A stretch of 64,000 bases of DNA from Sulfolobales archaeon HS-7 (lineage in GTDB: Archaea; Thermoproteota; Thermoprotei_A; Sulfolobales; Sulfolobaceae): contig AP024596.1 in NCBI GenBank assembly GCA_019704295.1, positions 1,024,001-1,088,000 of the forward strand. Reading direction: 5' to 3'. Shown here piece by piece: positions 10,729 through 21,329 of this stretch. Made by a program: the position numbers and the translations under genes. Position 1 is the first letter of the stretch. The number at the start of each line of letters is the position of its first letter. The notes below the pieces were generated by a model, which ran no database searches, was not told the DNA's origin, and saw only the letters and a program-made list of their open reading frames with translations.

Positions 10729-10858
10729 ATTCGCTAACTAACATTGGCGTTTCGATGGATTCTAGTCGAGGGCTTGGAGTAGTTTGGGATTAACGCTTGT
10801 TTATTGAGGTAATCTTAGCACGATCAAGTTAAATATGTGCAGTTATTATATTCATAGT

Positions 10859-11341
10859 ATGCGAGGAGCTATAATAGCTGGAATAGTTGTGTTAATTCTC
10901 ATAATCGGTGGGATTTTAGGTTACACTTACTTTACCATGGGAAACGTTAAAATATACGTTGTCGATGCTCCATCAGGTCTAGTAATAACCCTGACCTCAA
11001 CCTCAATAATGCTGCACAAGGTCACTGGAGGATGGGTGACAGTTTCCAACAAAACAATCTCATTTAACTTAACATCTGCAGCTGTGCTACTGGTTAAAGC
11101 GGTTATTCCAGCAGGGAAATATAATGAGATGTTTATCTACGTTTCAAACGGTTCCGCATCAATTTTGGGATTATCGGTTTCGTTACCCAGTCACGTTTTC
11201 AAAATTCACTTTGTTAATAATCAGGATCTAGTTGTAGGCGGAATGTACAATGCAACCGTAATTATTAACTTCCCTCATATTTCAATGAACGCCGGAAATC
11301 TCATAATTACCCCTTCAGTAACTGCCGTAGCCTATAACTGA
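10859..11341 (+). CDS. Membrane-anchored secreted protein, DUF4382-like
   Basis: N-terminal TM, then GNVKIYVVDAP, GGWVTV, IPAGKYNEM, VSLPS pattern. Confidence 0.6.
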   Translation: MRGAIIAGIVVLILIIGGILGYTYFTMGNVKIYVVDAPSGLVITLTSTSIMLHKVTGGWVTVSNKTISFNLTSAAVLLVKAVIPAGKYNEMFIYVSNGSASILGLSVSLPSHVFKIHFVNNQDLVVGGMYNATVIINFPHISMNAGNLIITPSVTAVAYN

Positions 11342-11457
11342 ATTTATCGTAACGGGGGATTAATGGGAACGTATGAGGGTGAATAACCCCTCATTTGAAT
11401 ACTTTTTAAGAAAGTAGTATAGATAGAATTTTAAAAACCACTACAAATACTAAATTT

Positions 11458-13107
11458 ATGCCTTCAACAGTAGCGGATGTAATAGTTAGGACTATGAGTA
11501 AATTCGGTGTAAAGAGGATTTATGGAATACCTGGAGACTCCATAGATCCCTTAGTTGATGCCCTTAGGAGAAATAAAGAGGTGCAGTATATTCAAGTTAG
11601 GCATGAAGAGGGAGCAGCATTCGAGGCTTCAGTAGAGGCAGAATTAACGGGGAACCTCGCAGCTTGTATGGGGACCTCTGGACCAGGTTCAATACATCTG
11701 TTAAACGGACTTTACAACGCTAAAATGCAGGGAGTGCCTGTCATAGCCCTTACTGGACAGGTAGAGTCATCCCTTCTAGGTTCGGATTACTTCCAAGAGG
11801 TTAACCTTGTAAAGTTGTTTGACGACGTTGCGGTATTTAACATGATGATTGCGAATCCAGAGAACGCAGGCTACATTGTATGGAGGGCTATGCGAGAAGC
11901 TATTATAAAGAGAGGTGTGTCCCATGTAAACCTACCCGTAGATGTACTAAGGATGAACGCAGAGGAGTATTCAGCTGAGTTTAACTTTAATATAGGTTAT
12001 GCACCGGATCTCGCTAAGGCTAGGGACGCAATAGATAAAAGTAAACGACCTCTCGTCTTTATAGGTGGAGGAACCAGGAGATATGGGGAATTAGTTAACG
12101 CTTTTGCGGAAAAAATAGGTGCACCCATCGTTTATGCCCTAAATGGGAAAGGCGTAATTTCGGATTACGATAATAAAGTGCTTGGAGGTATAGGTCTCTT
12201 AGGTACGAAGCCATCTATAGAGGGTTTGGATAAGGCAGACCTAATAATTATGCTAGGATCTTCATTTCCATATGTGACGTTCATTCCTGAGAATAAGGAT
12301 ATAATACAAGTAGATGTGAACCCGCAGAATTTAGGTAAGCGGATTGACGTGAAGTACCCTATTGTGAGCGATGTAGGACAATTTCTCACGAATATTACAC
12401 CTATGTTGAAGGAGAAAGAGGATAAATTCTATCTCGAAATGAAAGGATCTAAAGAGAGATGGCTTGAGGAATTGTCGAAATTAGAAAACGCCAATTCAGA
12501 ACCGATAAAGCCTCAAAGGGTTGCTTTCGAATTGAGCAGGAGATTTGAGTCGGGGGTCGTTATAGTAGATACGGGAAATGTAACGATGTGGGGATCAAGG
12601 AATTTTAAGGCAAACGGTAAACAGAAATTCGTCTTCTCCTCATGGCTCGGCTCTATGGGTGTAGGAATTCCCGGCTCGGCTGCTGCGTCTTCTCTGGGTG
12701 AGAGGTCTTTAGCTCTAGTAGGAGACGGTGGGTTTATTATGACGAGTTCCGAGTTAATAACTGCCAAGAAATATAACCTGCCTATAAAGGTAGTAATTTT
12801 CAACAATTCCAAACTAGGCATGATAAAATTCGAGCAAGAGGTTATGGGATATCCAGAATGGGGAGTGGATCTGTATAATCCTGATTTCTCTAAGTTCGCT
12901 GAATCCATCGGTATTCACGGCTACCACGTGGAAAAACCGTCTGAGCTGGAAAAGACCATAGAACAATTTCTAGGCGATGAAGCACCTGCGGTCTTGGATG
13001 TGGTTGTGGATCCAAACGAAAGGCCGATGCCACCCAAGTTGAATTTCACACAGGCTAAAAATTACGTAATTTCCATTTTTAAAGAGAAGCTTGAGCCAGT
13101 TGAGTGA
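11458..13107 (+). CDS. Pyruvate oxidase / pyruvate:quinone oxidoreductase (ThDP, FAD; PoxB-like)
   Basis: YGIPGDS, VRHEEGAAF, GTSGPGSIHLLNGLYNA, YFQE, GSMG, GDGGF...NN, LGMIKFEQ. Confidence 0.88.
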   Translation: MPSTVADVIVRTMSKFGVKRIYGIPGDSIDPLVDALRRNKEVQYIQVRHEEGAAFEASVEAELTGNLAACMGTSGPGSIHLLNGLYNAKMQGVPVIALTGQVESSLLGSDYFQEVNLVKLFDDVAVFNMMIANPENAGYIVWRAMREAIIKRGVSHVNLPVDVLRMNAEEYSAEFNFNIGYAPDLAKARDAIDKSKRPLVFIGGGTRRYGELVNAFAEKIGAPIVYALNGKGVISDYDNKVLGGIGLLGTKPSIEGLDKADLIIMLGSSFPYVTFIPENKDIIQVDVNPQNLGKRIDVKYPIVSDVGQFLTNITPMLKEKEDKFYLEMKGSKERWLEELSKLENANSEPIKPQRVAFELSRRFESGVVIVDTGNVTMWGSRNFKANGKQKFVFSSWLGSMGVGIPGSAAASSLGERSLALVGDGGFIMTSSELITAKKYNLPIKVVIFNNSKLGMIKFEQEVMGYPEWGVDLYNPDFSKFAESIGIHGYHVEKPSELEKTIEQFLGDEAPAVLDVVVDPNERPMPPKLNFTQAKNYVISIFKEKLEPVE

Positions 13108-14132
13108 GGATGAAGATAGCTATTTTGGGGGGAGGATTCGCAGGAATAAGCGCTAAGCTAAATCTGAAAAACGCCTTACTGATCGATGAATCGGATTTCT
13201 TCACGGTAACGCCTAAGCTTACTGATGTGATATCAGGAGAAGATCCGAAACTATCTAAGCTTTTTAGAAGGGTTGATATCAGAGCTAAAGTGAGGGAAAT
13301 TGATCTTAGAAGCAAGGAGATCCTGACTACTGATGGGAAACTGACTTACGACAAACTGATCATTGCAATGGGATATAAGCAAAACGTAAATCGCATCAAG
13401 GGTGGTGACAAATTGCTCAGACTCGAAACAACCGAGGATGCTTTAAAGTTTAAAGAGGAAATCAGTAAATCCAGAAGTATTTGTGTGATTGGAGGCGGGG
13501 ATCTCGGCGTTGAGGTAATAGGTTCTACGGTGGAATTAGTTAGTAAATTGAGCGACAAGCAGATTACTATAGTAAACAGGGGAAACAGGCTACTCCCTCA
13601 TATGCCTCTAGAAATATCCTTAAGTGTTGAAGATATTCTTATGAAGAAGGGGGTCACTTTACTTTTTAATACTGAAGTAGAGGGAGTTGAGGGAAATAAG
13701 GTTATAACGTCAAAGGAAACAATTACTGCTGATCACATATTCTTTGCTGGAGGGCTTAAAGGTCCTGACGTTGAAGTAAAACCGAATATTGAAAGAGTTA
13801 ATGATAGATTCATAGTTAACGATGATCTCAGCTTACCCGGCTTCGAGGATACTTACGCGATTGGTTATTCGGCTTATCTAAAAGGTACTCCAGGCACGGC
13901 TGAAATCGCTCTCCAACAGGGAACCTTTGTTGCGAGGAACATAACCTCTAGGAAGGAGAAGTTCGTTGCAAAACCCTTAGCTGATGTTATTAAAGTTGAT
14001 CAGGAATATTTAGGTATTTTCCTAGGAAAACCGGTCAAAGGAAACTTTGCAAGAGCACTAAAAGAAATTGCCATAACGAACACAATAGCTAAAGTAAATA
14101 GAATTAATATTGGCCTAACGCAATTTTCTTGA
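13104..14132 (+). CDS. FAD-dependent pyridine nucleotide oxidoreductase (NDH-2/AIF-like)
   Basis: ILGGGFAG, YDKLIIAMG, VIGGGDLGVE, YAIG, AEIALQQG. GTGA overlap with the upstream gene. Confidence 0.85.
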   Translation: MRMKIAILGGGFAGISAKLNLKNALLIDESDFFTVTPKLTDVISGEDPKLSKLFRRVDIRAKVREIDLRSKEILTTDGKLTYDKLIIAMGYKQNVNRIKGGDKLLRLETTEDALKFKEEISKSRSICVIGGGDLGVEVIGSTVELVSKLSDKQITIVNRGNRLLPHMPLEISLSVEDILMKKGVTLLFNTEVEGVEGNKVITSKETITADHIFFAGGLKGPDVEVKPNIERVNDRFIVNDDLSLPGFEDTYAIGYSAYLKGTPGTAEIALQQGTFVARNITSRKEKFVAKPLADVIKVDQEYLGIFLGKPVKGNFARALKEIAITNTIAKVNRINIGLTQFS

Positions 14133-14244
14133 CAAGTTTGTCTAAAAAGGTTAAAGAAGTTTGGAAATTACCTAATCTTACATCACGTAAAAATCGGGAG
14201 AGCCTTGGATAGACTTAATAGTCTAGAAATAGTCATGATTTTTA

Positions 14245-14850
14245 ATGATACTAGATTTATCGTTGTATATAGAAAACGAAATGCCTTTTTATCCAGGGGA
14301 TCCTAAACCCTATATAAAGACGTATAAGACTTTGGAAAAAGATGGGGTAAATCTTCACGAACTTCACCTTGGTACACATACAGGCACTCATGTAGACGTT
14401 CCTTTTCATTTCGTGAAGGATGGTAAAACTCTTGATCAAATTCCCTTAGAGCGTTTCATGGGAAATGCTACCTCATTAGCTGTGACCGACCAGTCTAACA
14501 TTAAATTAGATTCCATTCCGAATGAGGGGGATGTCTTAGTACTGTACACGGGAACTAATCTACAGTGGAAAAAGGGTTGGGACATGTCATCTATAGCCAG
14601 AATTGATGAGACTACGGCGAAAAACATTGTGAGTAGCGGGAAGAAGCTAGTTGCTATAGACTCTCCCAGTATCGGTTATCCAGAAGTTCACAGGATCTTA
14701 CTTGGGAACGATATTATGATAGTCGAAAACCTTAACTCCCATGCACTTAGTCAATTAGTAGGAAAGAAATTTCAATTTATGGCTTTCCCCATTTTAGTAA
14801 AGGGAGTAGACGGAGCACCAGCTAGGGCTTTAGCGTCAATAAACATTTAA
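14245..14850 (+). CDS. Cyclase family protein (kynurenine formamidase-like)
   Basis: DLS...MPFYPGDP, HTGTHVDVPFH, AIDSPS, IVENL, DGAPARA. Confidence 0.9.
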   Translation: MILDLSLYIENEMPFYPGDPKPYIKTYKTLEKDGVNLHELHLGTHTGTHVDVPFHFVKDGKTLDQIPLERFMGNATSLAVTDQSNIKLDSIPNEGDVLVLYTGTNLQWKKGWDMSSIARIDETTAKNIVSSGKKLVAIDSPSIGYPEVHRILLGNDIMIVENLNSHALSQLVGKKFQFMAFPILVKGVDGAPARALASINI

Positions 14851-14875
14851 GCCTGTCACGTCTTATTCCTCTTTA

Positions 14876-17773
14876 ATGAGAAAAATAGGGGAGTTGTCTC
14901 AAAGGATAGCTTTTGTCTACGCTAACTCCTTTACCAAGATTAAGTTCCTCGACTGGAACACCACGGAGAACCCTTTTCAACTGGAAGTTAACGTAACACA
15001 TCAAAATCAAAGACTTGCTGTGATGGATTACTCAGGCTCTGCGTTAGTGAAGCTTAACGGAAAACCGTATTTTGCCTTGGACGGATATCATAAGGAGTTC
15101 GGATTACCTTTAGGCGCGGATAAGATAACGGCAGATTTCTCAACCTACAAGAGTTTTGGTGAAAAATCTCCTATTAATCCAGGCAGGCCAGTTCTATACG
15201 TTCTTAGACCATCAGCAAGGGAGTTAGCTATTTACGGTAACGTTATTCTAGAATTTGTCAAATATACTACCGACGAATACGTAAGGGAATTGTTAATTAA
15301 GGCCCTCACGGACTCGCTAACTCTAGTTCCCTTTTCTGGGGTTTCCCGAGAACAGTTGTTACTGGCATCAGCGCTTCAACGTAATTTTCCCAGGTACTTA
15401 TTAGATTATTCTGAGAAAATGGATTACAGTGAGGGAGAGTATTCTGAGGAGTTCGAAAGGTCTTTAGAAAATCTTAAGGAAAAGCTTAGAGAACTAAGAG
15501 AAGATCTGGGAAAAAGAGGGAAAATAACAGCCATTGGTCATGCTCATACAGACACAGCGTGGCTCTGGCCTTTTTCCGAAACTAGAAGAAAAGTACATAG
15601 AAATTTCGCAACAATGCTATCATTAATGAATAATTATGAATTCAAATTTATTCAGAGCATGTCAATATACTATGAATGGATAAAGCAGGATTTTCCAGAA
15701 CTTTTCGAGAAGGTAAGGGAGAAAATTAATGAGGGAAAGTGGATATTAGGAGCAGGATACGTTGAATTTGACGCTAATGTTACTTCTGGAGAGTCCTTAG
15801 TAAGGCAGTTCCTTTACTCCCAAAGATTTTACAAAGAGAATTTTGGAAGGAAGGCTGAAATAATATGGCTACCCGATACGTTCGGATTTTCAGCTCAACT
15901 ACCTCAAATAGCTAAGCTTGGAGGAACCAGAGTCTTTGCAACACACAAAGTCTTCTGGAATGACACTAATAAGTTCCCATACTCTTTGTTCCACTGGAGG
16001 GGAATAGACGGGACGGTTATTCCAGCAATTGCCTTCGGTAATGGTAAAGGAGGGTACAATTCCTCCTTTGAAGCGGATAGCGTTATGGAACAATTCAATA
16101 ACTGGAAGGATAAGGCAGAACCCATGCTATATTCATACGGGTATGGTGACGGCGGAGGTGGACCTACCGAGGAGATGCTACTTAGAGCTAAGGCTATAAA
16201 CGATATGCCAGTAATGCCTAAGGTTGATCTTTTAGGCGAAATCAAGCCTAATCCATCAGCCTCATGGAGGGGAGAACTTTACTTGGAAACCCATAGAGGA
16301 GTTCTCACATCACACTCAAGGATGAAATACCTTCACAGACGTGCTGAATTCGCTATTAGAGAAGCTGAAATTTGGAGTACAATTGCAGGAACGTATGACG
16401 ATTCAGTTTTCGAGAAAATGTGGAAGGAGATATTAAGGGACGAATTTCATGACGTGTTGCCAGGTTCTGCAATAAATGATGTCTACGAGGAGGTTTATCC
16501 TGCCTTAGAGAACGTAATAAGAAGTGCAGGGGAATTAGCTAAGAGAGCTATCGCGAAATTAGTAGGTGATGGTGAAAAACTTACTGCGTTCAATTCCCTT
16601 TCATGGGATAGAGATGAGTACGTGACGGTTAAGGAGGAATCGAGTATATCACAAAAGGTCTCGGACGGATACTTGATAAGGGTTCACATACCTTCATTAG
16701 GATATGCGGAGGTAAAACCGCTTGCAGTTGAAGACAAGGTCACACTAAGGGAAGAAGGAGAAAAAATAGTGATTGAGAACGGACAGCTCATTGTAGAGAT
16801 AAATAAACATGGACTAATTACAAGGATTTTTGATAAGAGGAATAAGAGGGAAATTCTAGCGAGACCCAGTAATGATGTACTGGTACACGAGAACATCCCA
16901 GGATGGGCTGATGCATGGGATATCGAAGAGTCTTTCCACGACACCACTCTCAACATGGATACAAGAAGCGTTACAGTAGAGGAGACCGGTCCTCTTAGGG
17001 CTTGCGTTAGAATTGAGAGAGCTATAAAACACTCTACATTAACTCAAAAAGTGTGTCTCTACGCAGAGGAAAGGGAAATACGATTTACTGATACGATCAA
17101 CTTATACGACAGGGAACTTTTAGTTAAGAACTGGTTTTACTTAAATCTCAACACTGACGAGGCGATTTTTGAAATTCCTTATGGGGTGATTAAGAGAAAA
17201 ACAAATAGAAATACATCGTGGGAAAGAGCTAAATTCGAGGTACCAATGCAGAAATGGATCGCAATAGAAGAGGACGGTTACGGAGTGGCAATGATAAATG
17301 ACGGAAAATACGGTATCACTGTAAATGAAGGCCAAATAGGACTTTCACTAGCTAAATCACCCCTATATCCAGATCCCCTTACTGATAGGGAGACGAATGT
17401 TGTCAATTACGCTCTCATTATCTACGATGGCAGCTGGAAAGAGGCGGGGGTACATAGAAGGGCATATAAGCTGAATTCCCCTCCTCTTTTGTTGAATACA
17501 AAGGGCGGTCAAAGGAGTTTCTTTAAATCAGGCGAATTGATCTTGGAGGCAATTAAGCGGTCTGAAGACAAAAGAGGTGTTATTCTCAGACTATATAACG
17601 TCTCCAACTCAGTGGGAAGGGAGAACTTACAGTTGTGGTTTACGCCTGCAAGGGTCGAGAGTACAAATGTACTGGAGGATGAAGAAATCAAGAGGGATAT
17701 TACCGTAATCGAGAACTCAATAACGCTCTCATATAAGAACTATGAAATAATTACGCTGAAGGTATATCAATAA
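14876..17773 (+). CDS. Alpha-mannosidase, GH38
   Basis: GHAHTDTAWLWP, WLPDTFG, YGYGDGGGGPT, GELYLETHRG, EFHDVLPGS. Confidence 0.95.
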   Translation: MRKIGELSQRIAFVYANSFTKIKFLDWNTTENPFQLEVNVTHQNQRLAVMDYSGSALVKLNGKPYFALDGYHKEFGLPLGADKITADFSTYKSFGEKSPINPGRPVLYVLRPSARELAIYGNVILEFVKYTTDEYVRELLIKALTDSLTLVPFSGVSREQLLLASALQRNFPRYLLDYSEKMDYSEGEYSEEFERSLENLKEKLRELREDLGKRGKITAIGHAHTDTAWLWPFSETRRKVHRNFATMLSLMNNYEFKFIQSMSIYYEWIKQDFPELFEKVREKINEGKWILGAGYVEFDANVTSGESLVRQFLYSQRFYKENFGRKAEIIWLPDTFGFSAQLPQIAKLGGTRVFATHKVFWNDTNKFPYSLFHWRGIDGTVIPAIAFGNGKGGYNSSFEADSVMEQFNNWKDKAEPMLYSYGYGDGGGGPTEEMLLRAKAINDMPVMPKVDLLGEIKPNPSASWRGELYLETHRGVLTSHSRMKYLHRRAEFAIREAEIWSTIAGTYDDSVFEKMWKEILRDEFHDVLPGSAINDVYEEVYPALENVIRSAGELAKRAIAKLVGDGEKLTAFNSLSWDRDEYVTVKEESSISQKVSDGYLIRVHIPSLGYAEVKPLAVEDKVTLREEGEKIVIENGQLIVEINKHGLITRIFDKRNKREILARPSNDVLVHENIPGWADAWDIEESFHDTTLNMDTRSVTVEETGPLRACVRIERAIKHSTLTQKVCLYAEEREIRFTDTINLYDRELLVKNWFYLNLNTDEAIFEIPYGVIKRKTNRNTSWERAKFEVPMQKWIAIEEDGYGVAMINDGKYGITVNEGQIGLSLAKSPLYPDPLTDRETNVVNYALIIYDGSWKEAGVHRRAYKLNSPPLLLNTKGGQRSFFKSGELILEAIKRSEDKRGVILRLYNVSNSVGRENLQLWFTPARVESTNVLEDEEIKRDITVIENSITLSYKNYEIITLKVYQ

Positions 17774-17774
17774 A

Positions 17775-18200
17775 ATGGAAAGTCTTATATCAAGATTAGA
17801 TGGAACGGACAAGCACGATAAACATTTGGCTTGGGTACAACTCGAGCAGAAATTAGATTCAGGTGAGGTAAGTCCTGAAGAACTTCTAAACGTTTTTCTG
17901 TGCTTTAGAAATCATGGAACCAGATATAGAGCATGGAATAAGGTTTATCAACTTATACAAGAGAAAAAGGTTTCCCAGGAAGTAGTAAAGAGGAGTGTTA
18001 ACTGCTTACTTGAACTGCTCTCAAGTGATGATATTAACGTTAGATGGCTTACTTGGTATATTACCTTGCCTCCTCTTATCGGTATAATATTAAGTGAGGA
18101 GGAACTTGTTCCCTATTACAACTACCTCTGTGAACTAAAGGATTACCTGGATTTGCTAGACGATATCCCGTTTGTCAAATGTCATGGGGACTTAAAGTGA
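17775..18200 (+). CDS. Hypothetical helical-repeat (HEAT-like) protein
   Basis: Repeated R-x-x-AW / LELLSSDDINVRWLTW pattern. Coupled to both flanking genes. Confidence 0.55.
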   Translation: MESLISRLDGTDKHDKHLAWVQLEQKLDSGEVSPEELLNVFLCFRNHGTRYRAWNKVYQLIQEKKVSQEVVKRSVNCLLELLSSDDINVRWLTWYITLPPLIGIILSEEELVPYYNYLCELKDYLDLLDDIPFVKCHGDLK

Positions 18201-19267
18201 AGGACAGGGATTTAATCTCATTTCTTTCCGCCGTACTCTACTACGCTGAAAAAGGACATCCTTTACCTGTTGCGTTTAAGCGCGCGAAGTGTGAGCATAA
18301 AATCAAAAACGTAAACTACAATGAAGTTTTTTCCCTAGCTTATAAGTTAACGTTTTCCTACAACTCACTGACGGGAAGAGGAAGAAAGGATAAAGTGAGG
18401 AATTTCCTATCTTATGGCGGGACTCCAATCCTTCCAAATTGGATAACCGAAGAACTAAAACGAGTTAATATTGATGTAGATAAGGTTGTCCACGGCGGCG
18501 CGCAATGGATACGAGTAAATACCCTTAAAGGAGATATTGATAAGGTGAGGAAAGAGCTGGAGAAAGCCATTGACGTTTTTGATTCCCCTTTACCGTACGT
18601 GTTCAGAGTAAAGGAGCGTGTACCTAGCGAATTCACACGAAGTTATAAAGTTCTCTATCAGGACTTAGCTAGCGCGTATGTCGTTGAGAGCTTAAAGCCT
18701 CAGCAAGGCGAAGTTTTACTCGATTTTGCTTCATCTCCAGGAATAAAAGTCTCCCAATATATGGCACTAACAGAAAACAGAGGTAGGGTAATTGCCACGG
18801 ATGTAGACCATAACCGACTGAGGAAGGAATTACTTCTTCTTAGGAAGATGGGAGTGGATCTGAACAGGGTTGAGGTAATTAATCAAGATTCCTCGAGGTC
18901 AGCTATTATGAGGGGAGACAAAGCCCTAATTGACGCTCCATGTTCGTCGACAGGAATAATAACTAAAGAACCAACTCTTATGATCAGACTTAATCAAAGA
19001 CACTTAATTTCCAGGTTGAGTAAACTTCAGAAAAGTATTATTAATAAAGCGGTAAAAGCTACAGAAAAGATTGTGTACTCCACTTGCTCGATCCTACCAG
19101 AGGAAGGTGAGGAGGTGATAAGCGAATACGAAAAGCGGCTAGAAACACTTAATATAGATGGAAACACAGGATACGAAATTTACCCCTTTCATGATAAGGT
19201 GAGGCGTTTCTTTCCTGGAATTAATCACACAGATGGTTTCTTCATAGCTAGATTGAGGATAAGTTAA
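18197..19267 (+). CDS. RsmB/NOP2-family RNA m5C methyltransferase
   Basis: IRVNTLK, QDLAS, LDFASSPGIK, DAPCSSTG, YSTCSI, DGFFIARL. GTG at 18197 overlaps the upstream stop (GTGA). Confidence 0.9.
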   Translation: MKDRDLISFLSAVLYYAEKGHPLPVAFKRAKCEHKIKNVNYNEVFSLAYKLTFSYNSLTGRGRKDKVRNFLSYGGTPILPNWITEELKRVNIDVDKVVHGGAQWIRVNTLKGDIDKVRKELEKAIDVFDSPLPYVFRVKERVPSEFTRSYKVLYQDLASAYVVESLKPQQGEVLLDFASSPGIKVSQYMALTENRGRVIATDVDHNRLRKELLLLRKMGVDLNRVEVINQDSSRSAIMRGDKALIDAPCSSTGIITKEPTLMIRLNQRHLISRLSKLQKSIINKAVKATEKIVYSTCSILPEEGEEVISEYEKRLETLNIDGNTGYEIYPFHDKVRRFFPGINHTDGFFIARLRIS

Positions 19268-19298
19268 AAACATCCGAGGGTGAAGACGTCTCATCTAT

Positions 19299-19958
19299 TT
19301 ATGCTTTGTACAATGGAAAGATCCTCTTTCGTAAATATTCTAGTACATTTGTTTCGTGGGAGATCATAAGTTTATAAGCATCATCAGGATTTCTTGATTT
19401 AATAGCATTGAAAATATCTCTATGTTCCTCATATTCCTCATTCATTCTGTCGAAGCTAGTGAATAGCGTCATTCTTACGACTCTAAGCTTTAATCTAATA
19501 TTAATAAGGCATTCCCTGAGTTGCTCGTTTTCAGAAGCTCTTGCAATAAAGTCATGGAAGGTTCCGTTAAGTTCCGCTAAGGTGACAGGCTCTGCTTTTC
19601 CGGAAAACGTCGTTTCCTTTATATCGTCCAATATGTTCTGAATATCTTGTAACTCACGTTCGCTCGCCCTTACTGTAGCGAGTTTTGCTGCAAGTCCTTC
19701 TAATTCGATTCTGACCTCATAGAGTTTTTCTATCTCCTCTGGAGTTAAGTACAAAACGGTATAAGACCTGTTAGTTTTCCTTATTAACCCCTCCTTTTCC
19801 AGAATACGTAATGCCTCTCTTATTGGAGTTCTACTCATGTTGAGCTCCAGAGTCAAGGAGTCCTCTGTGAGCACCTCCCCCAGTTTATACTTACCCTCTA
19901 CAATTCTCTTAAGAATCTCATCATAAGCCGCCTTAGCTAAGCTTCCTGACATCGACAA
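19299..19958 (-). CDS. GntR/FadR-family transcriptional regulator (HTH + FCD)
   Basis: LTEDSLTLELNMSRTPIREALRILEKEGLI, EVRIELE, NGTFH, EEHRDI. Confidence 0.92.
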   Translation of the reverse strand: MSMSGSLAKAAYDEILKRIVEGKYKLGEVLTEDSLTLELNMSRTPIREALRILEKEGLIRKTNRSYTVLYLTPEEIEKLYEVRIELEGLAAKLATVRASERELQDIQNILDDIKETTFSGKAEPVTLAELNGTFHDFIARASENEQLRECLINIRLKLRVVRMTLFTSFDRMNEEYEEHRDIFNAIKSRNPDDAYKLMISHETNVLEYLRKRIFPLYKA

Positions 19959-20037
19959 CCGTTTCCATTTTTATCGTTATATTTTTTCCTAGTAAAAATA
20001 GTAAGGCTTAAATCTAATAGTGATAATCAGTATAGTT

Positions 20038-20466
20038 GTGAATAATAAGGGAATAACAGACTCAGTTGTACAGTTACTTGTGTTGATGGCAAGTATTGTG
20101 ATAGTTTTGCTTGTAATATTCTTTGCTCTTAATTATTTAGGTAATGGGACTAATCTTGAAACGCCGATAAAAATTATTGGAGAACCCGAAATAACTGTTA
20201 ATAACGATACCTTGATAATTCATTACTCGAATCCTTCTCCTGAAACATATAATATATCCTCCGTATTCATAGGAGGGGCAGGGGTATCTCTTGACGGGAA
20301 TTACGTATTAACGCCTGGGGAGAACAGTGTATATATACCTTTTTCTCCAAGTAGTAGCCTTGATCAATCCTTGGCTACCCTTGAAAACTCAGGACAACCG
20401 GTGGGAGTTACGCTCATTTTGAATAATGGTGTGTCAGTACATCTTTCGGCAGATGTAATAGAATGA
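20038..20466 (+). CDS. Type IV pilin-like protein (class III signal peptide)
   Basis: (M)NNKG|ITDSVVQLLVLMASIVIVLLVIFFAL followed by a beta-rich domain with N-glycosylation sequons. Confidence 0.6.
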   Translation: MNNKGITDSVVQLLVLMASIVIVLLVIFFALNYLGNGTNLETPIKIIGEPEITVNNDTLIIHYSNPSPETYNISSVFIGGAGVSLDGNYVLTPGENSVYIPFSPSSSLDQSLATLENSGQPVGVTLILNNGVSVHLSADVIE

Positions 20467-20511
20467 TAATTATGCTGTCTACTTAATATATTATAGATCA
20501 GGCGTTAAAAA

Positions 20512-20862
20512 TCATTGCATTTTTTGAACAATAACCGCTGTTCCATAAGCTATTATTTCGTCCATGGATTCAGCAATCTCATTAGAATCAAAATATACCT
20601 GTACCACGGCGTTAGCTCCCATGCTTCTAGCGTGCTGAATCATCCTTTCTAGGGCTGTTCTTCTAGCTTGTTCCGCATTTTCAACGAACTCAGTTATTTC
20701 TCCACCCGCTATACTTCTAAGTCCTGCTAGAAGCCTACCCCCGAGACCCCTACTTCTTACAGTTATTCCCATAGCTATTCCAATAACTTGCACAATTTGA
20801 TATCCTGGAATAAAGTTTGTAGTTGAAATTAACATACCTTCAGATTGACTCTGAAAAGACAT
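20512..20862 (-). CDS. YbjQ/UPF0145 putative heavy-metal-binding protein
   Basis: TTNFIPGY, GITVRSRG, GGEI, ARRTALERM, GANAVV, AYGTAV. Confidence 0.93.
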   Translation of the reverse strand: MSFQSQSEGMLISTTNFIPGYQIVQVIGIAMGITVRSRGLGGRLLAGLRSIAGGEITEFVENAEQARRTALERMIQHARSMGANAVVQVYFDSNEIAESMDEIIAYGTAVIVQKMQ

Positions 20863-21329
20863 AGTATTTATTCAGACATATAAATAATAAAGTTAACTTG
20901 TTCCTCGCCTAATTCTACCTTAACTTGTAGAGACGTATTGGAAGTCTTATAAGAATCCGTTCGGATATATGTATGATGGCGGGACTGTCTCTCCTTTTGA
21001 CAAAGGGTATTGAAAAATCAGGCATCTATGAGTTAAAAAATTGGTATACGTAGAGAAAAGAGGAGAAATCTAGAATGTTATGAATGTGCCCAATGTGGAA
21101 TAAATGTTATTTACTTTAAAAACTAAATTTTATAATAGAGGAATAATATATCTCACGGCACTTAATTAGGACGATAATATAGGAAGATCATGAAGAGATT
21201 AAACAACTTTCTCATATTATTAAGGTTAAAAAGCTTTACCATACCCCAGTCTGATTATTGAACGGAATTAATCATTCACTAACGTGTTTCATAACTTTTT
21301 AGTTTATCTTGTAATCACACCAGTTATAC

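Noticed and set aside
11373-11394. Hairpin ATGAGGG-x8-CCCTCAT after the DUF4382-like gene
   Set aside because: Short. Sulfolobales terminators are usually U-tracts, so function cannot be supported
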